64,000 nucleotides of DNA from Intoshia linei (Eukaryota > Animalia > Orthonectida): positions 1 through 64,000 of the forward strand of contig LWCA01000036.1 of assembly GCA_001642005.1 (NCBI GenBank), in the 5' to 3' direction. Positions 54,620-64,000 of this stretch are shown here, one piece after another (the first letter of the stretch is position 1; every line of letters starts with the position of its first letter). The translations under genes and the position numbers were made by a program. The notes beneath the pieces were generated by a model, which was given only the letters and a program-made list of their open reading frames with translations, ran no database searches and was not told the DNA's origin.

Positions 54620-55608
54620 CTAAATAAAAGTAATTTATTTAAACTAAATATTATTTATAATAGGATTGTGAAAGTTGACATTGAAAATATAAATATTAAA
54701 TTGACCGTATTGTAAATATGGCCTCATCTCAATAATACTTATTGATTATTGATATCAAACGATCAACAAATAATTAAATTTTATAATAACACGTTCCAAC
54801 AAAAATATGAGATTATTAAATATTAATGCATAATTAGATCTGGATTATATGATTCAAGTTAAATAAAATACGTTCATCAAAATTGTGTTGCTATTTGAAA
54901 TTTAATTTATATTTAAGTTAATTGTATTGCCCTATATATGCTCAGTTGGTGGATTTAATTATTTATATTTATTTATTTAACAATGAATACATGTATCATA
55001 ATATATAATAATTGAATATGTCATATTATCATATTATCAATATGTATCATATTCACTTTTTGTATTTATTGCATAATTTGTTATTTCATTTGAGTAATCC
55101 TCGTCGATCAATATAGAAGAATATCAGTTACAAAATAATATAAATCACACAAATAAAGATTTAATTTTTTCGAAAAATGTCCGGGTAAGTTTATAAAGAA
55201 AAATGTTTATAAGCACAATTACATTATCAATTATGAGCATATTAGTTTTAGAAAAAATAGGACCATTTGTTTATTTGTCATAGGGTATATTTGTTTTAGA
55301 TCTGAACGCCCTGTCCCGCTCTGTTAAAATACTGAGTTGTGCATTAGAGTGTCCAACTTTTTTTTATAGAAAAAGTATACCTCGCCAATGTTTCCCATTT
55401 ATCTCAAGGATGGTATATACAAATTTATAGACCATGATATTAACATTTGCTCAACCGGGGACCCGTGCATATTTAAATATAAATTAATATGAAATTGAAG
55501 TTATTTGAAATACTATTTTTATAATTATTATTATTAAAACGTATACATTTGTAATGTACATTTTAATTGTAAATTAATCCTTTTCTCAACAAGTAGTAAA
55601 CTAAACTA

Positions 55609-56329
55609 TCTATATAACAACATCAATTGTATCTTGGATACTACACGTTTCTTAATAAATTGGATTTATTATATAAGCTATTGCAATGAATAGAGAAAAA
55701 GTTAATTTGAATAGACTTAATAAATGTAGAGGTAAATCATATGGAATGACAACTGACAAATGCTTGACCGACTTGTCTCGTCTACCGCAAAATAGATTCA
55801 TTATTGGATGGTATCATTTTTTTCATTGCTACGCAAATTTCATTTTCAAAACATTCAAATTTAAAATGAAAAACTAAACAACGAAACAAAAAACTTTGTT
55901 AATATCATTTTTATATTACAATCCTTTGCAATAATGGTAAAATTCGACTGAAATCTTTATAAATTGAAGATTCAATAATTATTGATACACAAGTTTTAGG
56001 ATTGGACTGTTTTTACTTTATTTTTAATATTATACACACATTCTCTCTAATAAATTAAAAAAATGGGATAACAATTGTATTTAAAATTCTTTACACAAAT
56101 TTTAACAAACAAAAAATTAAAATGGAATAATTCAGTTTAAAGAAAAAAGTAACGTGATATGATGGTACCACCTGAAACAAATTTGGGAACCACTCCTTTA
56201 AAGGATTGATAATAGTTAATAGATTTTTAAGTTAGATTTTACACGTGAATTTATTTTTTTGGTATAATAAAAATGTGCCCTCGGCAGATCTAGGTGCTGT
56301 TTGTACGTAGTACAAAACAGTTAAGCTAG
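55609..56329 (+). mobile_element. Putative non-autonomous Helitron
   Basis: A|TCTATATAA start. End has a CTGTTTGTAC-GTA-GTACAAAACAG hairpin, then AAGCTAG|T. Related 3' ends at ~46509 (minus) and ~51910-51970. The 5' boundary is tentative. Confidence 0.45.
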
Positions 56330-56399
56330 TATAATTATATATTTAAAAGTGCTAAAATAAAAAAATCATTATTATAAACCTTGTTATAACTACCTTCCA

Positions 56400-56960
56400 T
56401 CATGTATTGTTCAATATGAAGAGGATGTTGTAAATAACAATCACTGAGAAGTTTATCGATGGGTAATGTATCGATTTCCTAAAAATATTAATAATTTAAA
56501 ATACATGAATTTTCTGTTAAACTGTCATCTCAGATCGAAATATATTTTATAATTTTGAATTGTATTTTTATGATATTAATACATCTAAATTATATTAGAC
56601 TAATAAAGACTCGAAAAAGATAAGAAATGCAATCTACAACTAGTTAAAAGATTAGTTGCACCCATACCACTAGAAAAGTTATTGTTTGATATACAAAGAA
56701 ACATTTACAGATAACCAAATACAATGAATAGAAGACGTATAATAAAAAATTATAAACCAGAAAACCGAATAACCGACAATTTCAATCATGTGATCGACAA
56801 CGAAATTATATAATAATGTTTATAATACTTATAATATCAAAATAAAAAAGTTCACGTTGAAAGAATCTATTTTATATTGAATAGTTCATGGAATGATATA
56901 AAAACATCAGCTATAATCAAATCATGAAAACCAATATTGGTACCTAAAAAATTACATGTA
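56400..56960 (+). mobile_element. Possible pogo/Tigger DDE C-terminal remnant
   Basis: LNSSWNDIKTSAIIKS*KPIL resembles the Tigger AW-x-x-V...I...W motif. Heavily decayed. Confidence 0.35.
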
Positions 56961-57169
56961 GATTTTCAAATTGATGAAATTATATTCGATAATTATCTAT
57001 TATTATAATAGGTATGATTATCTTTTAGTTGTTTATCTAATTTTTAAATTTCAGTCACAGACTACTAAGAATTTAAAAAACTGGCTCTCTTTCAGAAACA
57101 TTAAATATTATAATTTTTTAGGTACACGGAATTTGTTGAATATAAATCGTACAGCGATCAAGATATAAT

Positions 57170-58131
57170 AAGTATTGTGAATAATGATCAATGTATGGCG
57201 GAAGAATTGCTAGACAATACAATGGAATCAATAGATGTTAACGAAGCAATTTCCGGTGTTTCACAAGTAATAAGCTTTGCAGAATTAAATAATTGTGATC
57301 TAGATTCTAGATTCTAGAAGACATAATTATGTTGAGAAAATTTCGAGAAACATTGTCTGTAATTCGGGAAATTGTTTGACTCGTTTTGTGTCTCTTTATG
57401 ATAGTATTGTAGAATTTTTTAAAAGACAGGGAGATGAAAAATTATACAAACAAATTAAATTGAATAGGAACAATATATATTATTTTTCTTTTATTTTTGG
57501 TAAATTAAATAATGCTCCCTGTGTTGCAAAGGGACACTTATCACATTAATAGACTGTAAACGTGTTCTAAAAGCATTCAAGGAAAAAATTATAGTTTTTC
57601 GCAGAATTATGAAAGATAAAAATTTTGATAATATGCTGGATATACCAAATTCCATATCTGATGAAGACATTGCATTATTGCTATCATTTGGTAAGATTTA
57701 AAGCAGACTTTAAGGCTAGATTCAAGGATTTATTTAATTTACAAATTTATTCATAGATGATAGATTCATTTAACTGCAGCATTAATGATGCCCACTGTAC
57801 AGTTGTTGAAGAATTAATAGAATTGCAATGCGACAAAGAAGCCAAGTACCCTTTTGAGAAAGGTGGAAATTTTTCATTGTGGGGATGTGAGCCTTCAAAA
57901 TCATTTTATCCACTGATGCATTCAGAAATGTCAAGGATATTATTGTGTTTTCCAACCTCTTATATGGTTGAAAGTGGATTCAGTTCTGTTAATAAAATAT
58001 TGACTAAAGATGAAAACCAAATTAATATTTGTCAAAGAAAAGATATTGTTATGAAATTAACCAGAATAAAACCAAAAATTAAACATTTGGCACTCAATAC
58101 CCAAGCGCAAAAATCACATGGAAATAAATAA
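57170..58131 (+). mobile_element. hAT (Charlie/Buster) transposase remnant, C-terminal dimerisation region
   Basis: EELIELQCD...ILLCFPTSYMVESGFS...QAQKSH. The upstream part is frameshifted. Confidence 0.85.
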
Positions 58132-58559
58132 CACATTTTTATCAATCTTTTTTTATAATTTACCCATCGATTATCTCCAAAATTAAATGTCCTACATTAA
58201 TTGTGTTTTTTTTAATACATTATTATTAATTATTAATTAATTAATAATCAATCTACACACTTAAAAAATCTATTTTCAAAACAATGAGTATATTTAAACT
58301 AACAAAAGTCAATATTTTAATAGATATTCGTATATTTTCGAAATTCTTAAGTAATTATACAATGATTCGATATTATTCGTAATAGCTAAGTATTTCGTGT
58401 ATAATTAGCTTATTCATCCAATATTATCAAAATTTCCTAATCAAGTGTATTTATCTACTGATTTGCTTAAATACAATCGCCTAAAATGCTCGATAATTTG
58501 ATATATAATTTAATAAGTTCTATATCTATAAATTTAGTCACAATGCCGATATTGTTCCA

Positions 58560-59940
58560 CTAACCGCAAAACTTTCAAGAACTATTATAGTAACACTCTG
58601 TGTCCCGCATCAGTAAGAAGACTAGTGTTCTTTAATAGTTTATGTAAAACTTGCCAAACCGTCGAATTCAGCTACAGATGGATTGCAATGACAATGGATA
58701 AATCGTCTACAATTCATACTGGAAGGATTTTTTCGATTTATACACTACTTAAGTGTTATATTATATACTATAGTTTTATATCGACCCAAAAGTATCATCT
58801 GGTTATAATGCTATTGGAGGGTCTATCTCTACCTGCAACTTGGTAAGTGTTCTTAATGATTCTACCAAGATTGTAAAACGAGATCGCAGATGTTTTGTAG
58901 CTACGGGTACATAAACGACCAAAGCTTTTATTAAGAGAAGTGACAAAGGTACTGACATGAACAATTGTTCTAGTAATGTACAACCAGTGTCCGATGACTA
59001 CAAGTCAGAAATCGGTGACATGACTTACTATACAATAAGCGATAACATAGATTTAGAAACTAAGGATCTATTAGTTCTAAATGTAGGTACAAACACGCCA
59101 GTACAGATTAATGAGACTGTGGTGTCGAAGGAAACTTTTTCCAATGATGGAAAAGTAGAACCAACAACCGGAAAAACCGACGAAAATAAAGTCGAAAACT
59201 CTGCGGTCGTGACCAGATCTTGAACAACTAGACATACATGATTATGTTGCGGTTGAGAAAGATTGTGGGATGACATAAAAACAATAAAGATTGTACAACA
59301 TTGGAGTAGTCTTAGAGGGGTTCTTGAACAAAGTTAAAAATAAAAATTGCATCGTACGCGTACATAATAGCGACGTTAGAGACATTATAAGTGTAGACGA
59401 TTCTTCAGTTGCTATATTGACTATGAAATTATCCGATGATAATGTTCTCAAGACGGTGAAAAATTTGTCTCAAAAAAGAAAAACAAAAAAGACAAAACGG
59501 CGATTAGTACTGTATCTAATTGTAAAACCATCGATACTGTAAATTCTACTAAAGGAGATTATAAAAAAATACGTAATCTAAAGAATAAGGAATTCTTGAA
59601 AAGTGTCGTTAATGACGATTTCAAAATCGTTAAAAACAATAACCGTGCTAAATCAAGTTCAACGAAACAATCAAAAGATCATGTTCTTACAGTTACGAAA
59701 TTGCTAAGTAATAATCATCTTCATAAAAGAACTTACAATGTAAATGACGTAGCATCCAAAAAGATATTAAAATCTATACGCGATATCATATATATACGTG
59801 AGTACGCGATAATATACGGTATCATTGAAGATAGTATACGTGCAGTAAGATTAAGTGATTTCCCACCTTTCGTTACTAAATTTTTTACGAAAGAAAAAAA
59901 CGAAAAATTTTTATTAAAATTTTTAAAATATTACTGACAT
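58560..59940. mobile_element. Decayed retroelement-like coding debris next to the integrase
   Basis: GC-elevated broken ORFs (58957-59937) adjoining the Gypsy integrase. No diagnostic motif was recognised. Confidence 0.35.
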
Positions 59941-59949
59941 TAAAACGTT

Positions 59950-60671
59950 ACACCTCCCTCCCAGTTTTGATGTGAGGTCATTAATCAAAATCAAGTTTGG
60001 AATAATAATAATTATCCGTCAGCCATTTCGGCGTATGTATTTATCTTCGAAGTCGACCATTTTAAGTAGGAGTATGATGAATATAATTATTGTGATTCCT
60101 GTTCTGAGATACACATTAGGAGGATATTCAGTTCATTCATTTGTTCATTCAATTCCGTATTTAATAGTAAATATTGCTGTTGCAATTTATGAGTAATAGG
60201 TTCATTTTTAATATAATTTTTAAAATGTACAGTGGGTTTTTTGGTACATGCGAAATTACGCTTTACGCGTTTGTGATAATTAATTTTATATTTATTAGCG
60301 TTATCTATTGTGCTCTAACGAAAAATATTATCTGTCAATTGAGAACGAGGAATGAAAGGCATTGAAAAGCTGCGACCAAATATTTATTGAGATGGTGAAT
60401 ATTTATTTTTTTCTGTAGACATATTTTTAATGTCAATGAGAATTTTCACGATTTGTTTGTCCCAATTATCATTGTTTTTGTTAACCAAACATCTTATCTT
60501 ATCTTTAATAGTACGATTCATACGTTCGACTAAACCTACTCCTTCATGGTGATATGAAGCCGTAAACGTTTTATGTATTCCTAAGTCAGAACATAAACTT
60601 TTTATAATATTTGAATCAAATTGTGTGATTAAATCAGAATGAATGTGATTTGGGACTCCATAACGAGCCAC
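59950..60671 (-). mobile_element. Ty3/Gypsy LTR-retrotransposon integrase remnant
   Basis: RYGVPNHIHSD...F...TASYHHEGVGLVERMNRTIK...WDK...SP is an rve integrase core. Stops occur downstream. Confidence 0.88.
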
Positions 60672-60999
60672 TATATTTGTTTAGTTTGAATTTCAAAGAT
60701 CTAACCAATTTTTATAAGAATGTGTTGTACAACCAATTATTAACAGACGCAGTTTGCCATCGTATGAAAATAAATAAAAACATTGCACTTATGGTCCCAA
60801 TGTTATAAAATCCTTTATTTTACAGAATATATATTTTTAAGATATTAAGTAATCTGAATCGATAATGTAAATACAGAATAAGCATAGTGATAACATTATA
60901 ACGTTACAAATATATTGTAGGCAATATTTATAAAAATTAATGCCTTAAATAATAAAAGGAGAATTCATAATAATATTGAAATCGCTATGTAAATATTGC

Positions 61000-62250
61000 T
61001 ATTAGTTATTTGCGATTTTTTGAACACATTTTGCAACTAATTTTGTCAAAAAATCGAGAATAATCTGTATTTTGAAATGAATTCTTTTTTTTGTCAAACA
61101 TAATGGAAAAAACAGTTAGCATCGAAAAATTACAATGCAAAAAGACATTTTTTGGTGAAACATAAAAATGTATTGCAAAACGAGGAAAAAGATTGCATTC
61201 AATTAAATGTATGAAAGGTTTAGTAATAAAAAAGTGAAAACTCACTCAAATACAATCTCATACAGAATAGCAATGACTCTAGCCAAGACTGTAAACCTTT
61301 CCAAGATTCTCTAATTATTAAAAAATGCCTTGAACATATCACCCTTCTAAACATGTCTGAAGAAACAAAACATGCAATATTAGAATTGCCTCTTTCTTGC
61401 CAATCGATTACCATAAGAATTGATACACTTGCTGGTAGTGTTGAAATTATCTTAATACAAAAATTAAAAAATTGTAAACATTTCTCAATCTGTTTATTCA
61501 ATGAGACTAATGACATCAAGGATATGGTACAAGTAGGAATGTTTGTTCGTATGATGAATAATAAATTCGACATTTTTGAAGAAATGATGGGACTAGTTGG
61601 ATTGACTGGTACAACAAAAGCACATTATATATTCAAAGCAGTAATGGATATATTTGAGAGGTTAAAGGTAAATATTAAAAAATAAACTGGAACAGTAACA
61701 GATGGCGCAGCAGCAATGATTGGTCAATATAATGAAGTCGCTACATTGTTAAAAAGGTATGCTTCTGACATGGAAATAAAAATGTTGTATCATATCACTG
61801 TTACATTCATCAAAAGGCATTATGTTCTCAAGTTTGTGACATAAATAGTTTATGTGAAATCGTCATAAATACCATAAACTTTCTAAAAAGGCATGGATCG
61901 AACCATCGCCTATTTCAAACTTTTTTAAAAGAATGTGAAAGTGATTATAATGATGTATTATATTTTACTAACGCAAGGGGGCTCTCAAAAGGTAAAATGC
62001 TCAAAAGATTTTACAATTTACTACCTGAAATAAAATTATTTCTAGAATCTAAACATAAAAAATTTGAAGAATTTACAAATCCTATGTGGCTTTCAGGTGT
62101 ATGTTTCATAATTGATATGACAGGCCATCTGAACACTTTAAATACGAAACTACAAAGAAAAAATAAAATAATTACAGAATTGTATGACATTATAATTGCA
62201 TTTGAAACCAAATTAATTTTATAGATTCATAATTTTAATAGATAGATTTT
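61000..62250 (+). mobile_element. hAT (Buster/SPIN, GTF2IRD2-like) transposase pseudogene
   Basis: LPLSCQSITIRI, FSICL-x-NETNDI...MFVR, TDGAAAMIG, HCYIHQ-x-AL and LSKGKMLKRFYNLLPEIKLFL, interrupted by stops. Confidence 0.9.
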
Positions 62251-62329
62251 AAGATAATTTTTTTCAACATTTTCCCTATTTACATGTTAAATGCAAAATA
62301 CGAATGTACCAAAATATGTTGGTAATTGT

Positions 62330-62995
62330 TGTATTGTAGACTAATAAATTGATGCAAGAGAAATACAAACTTACCTACAACCGCAGTATTTGTTTTAATA
62401 TTTGGAGGCCTACAAAAATCTGCACTAAATGGCATTCAGATTTTTATAGAACAAATGCTCGATTTAAATGTCCACAAATATGGAAACATTGGCGTATTCT
62501 TAAAAATTGAAAAAAAGTTATTCAAACATTAAACTCGTATTAGATAAAATTGAATATAAGAGTCACATGTGAAAAATAATGGTTGCTTTAAAAATAGTTA
62601 GCTTCTTGGCGGGGCTCCAATCTGGAAAAGTCAGACATTCATGTTATATCGGCCAATTCAATCGGAACTAATAAAAAAAGCATTATAAAATAAAACATTG
62701 GCCATTCAGGTGCAATAGAATCATAAGAGAATATAACGTGTCAAACCAGCCACTCGTTTCGTTACATTTAATTTTTTTTTTACCTTTGCATATGAAATTA
62801 GGACTTGTACAACAATTTGTAAAAGAATTGCAAACAAATAACGGAAACATTAAAATTATTAACCAAATTTTAAAACAAATGTTCACAAATGTAAGTGATG
62901 AAAAATTAAAACATGGCATTTTGAATGGTCCTCAAATTAATACACTCATCAAGTCGAACAATTTTTACAAAATTATTCGGAACTATGGAAAGTTG
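62330..62995 (+). mobile_element. Chapaev3-like (CMC) transposase remnant
   Basis: SYSNIKLVLDKIEY, LKIVSFLAGLQSG, LPLHMKLGLVQQFVK and KLKHGILNGPQI. The family label is from recalled motifs. Confidence 0.6.
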
Positions 62996-62999
62996 CATG

Positions 63000-63130
63000 A
63001 CTTTATTTTATTGCCTTCCCATCAACGTATTTAGTTGAATGTGGATTCAGTTACGTAGTTTTATTATCAAAAAGAAGGAATGGATTCGATATAGTCAAAA
63101 GTCATAGCGAAAAATAGTTGAGAATGCCTG
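63000..63130 (+). mobile_element. hAT 3' fragment with terminus
   Basis: FIAFPSTYLVECGFS peptide. The end GTTGAGAATGCCTG also occurs at ~415-428. Confidence 0.65.
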
Positions 63131-63609
63131 ATATACATCATTCGACGCGCAATTGTGGTCTCTGTGTCTATTCAAATTATAGCTCAAAATATTCACTATA
63201 CAAGGAGAGGGCAACAAAATTTTTTTAAAAACGTTTACTTTGAACTTGATTGAATCAAATTGAATCTTCACTTTATAAATATTTCAGTCGAATTTTACCA
63301 TTATTACAAAGTAATATAAAAATGATTGATGTTAAAAATTTATCCATACTTTTGGCCTTTTTTCTTGTAAATGTTACTTTTCTTTTGACCATTTTATGTT
63401 AAATTTGTAACAATTATCAATAAAAAAATAACGTTTCAGTTAATATAAATTTAATTTTATAAAAATTTGAAATTTAAAAATTGCGTAGCAATGAAAAAAA
63501 TTCCCAAGCAAAAGAATTATATTGATTTTCACCCATATTTCTTTATTGTATATGTGTAGACGTACAATACACATTTTTTTTAAAATTGTAAAATCAATAT
63601 TTACATTTT

Positions 63610-64000
63610 TGATTTTAATCGAAATCTTTGAAAAATATTGGTTGATAATATATTAAAAATTATTTTTCACCGGGAATGCGTAGATTTCCGGGGTTGAAAT
63701 TTTGTATTTTTATCAACTGGAATAAGCTCTATCAGAATAATCTTTTTTTAAATTTTCGAACTGTTAATTATTTCATATTTTTTGTTGTAATAAAATATTT
63801 CGGAAAAAAAATATATGAATACTAAAATGCTTTTTTGAACCTGAAGTCGTCACTTATTCGGATTGAATTTTTTTGTGTATGTTAACAGGATAGAATTGTA
63901 CCACCTGTAATTTTTTTTAAATTCTAGGACTGTTTTCATTAAAAAAAAAGAGTAATTTGGGGTTTTGGCCATGAAGGTATAATTTTTTTAAATTTAAATT
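63610..64000 (-). mobile_element. Dispersed repeat family B copy (runs off the window)
   Basis: Near-collinear with ~9050-9425. Confidence 0.75.

Noticed and set aside
1-64000. tRNA, rRNA, hammerhead/HDV ribozyme or snoRNA genes
   Set aside because: None was recognised by eye with full consensus motifs. A covariance-model scan would be needed to exclude them.

Overview
Very AT-rich (roughly a quarter GC by eye) eukaryotic nuclear DNA from a compact animal genome. It uses the standard genetic code and GT-AG introns, many only ~30-50 nt long. The style suggests a reduced parasitic invertebrate such as an orthonectid; this is an inference and was not verified. Spliced models built by hand recover about 12 genes, several of which the ORF track misses or fragments: an arylsulfatase, TRAF3IP1/IFT54, ATR kinase (~2664 aa), a SMOC/Pentagone-like secreted protein, RPF2, a LIM protein, a TFAM-like two-HMG-box protein, a UPF0193/EVG1 (C22orf23) homologue, a coiled-coil protein, the 3' half of PSMD8/Rpn12, and two unannotated spliced microprotein genes (64 aa and 69 aa). 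Long introns and spacers are filled with non-autonomous DNA transposons (hAT/Charlie MITEs with 8-bp TSDs, often nested; a piggyBac MITE; Helitron-like repeats). The last ~9 kb is a graveyard of decayed hAT, Gypsy, Chapaev-like and pogo elements that may lie inside one PSMD8 intron. The best leads are the two microproteins (one in an operon-like position behind RPF2), an unidentified pseudogene family with collinear copies in introns of unrelated genes, stop-to-stop gene spacing of ~21-24 bp, and a speculative SL-RNA-like element. No prokaryote-type system (CRISPR, rRNA or tRNA operon) is present.
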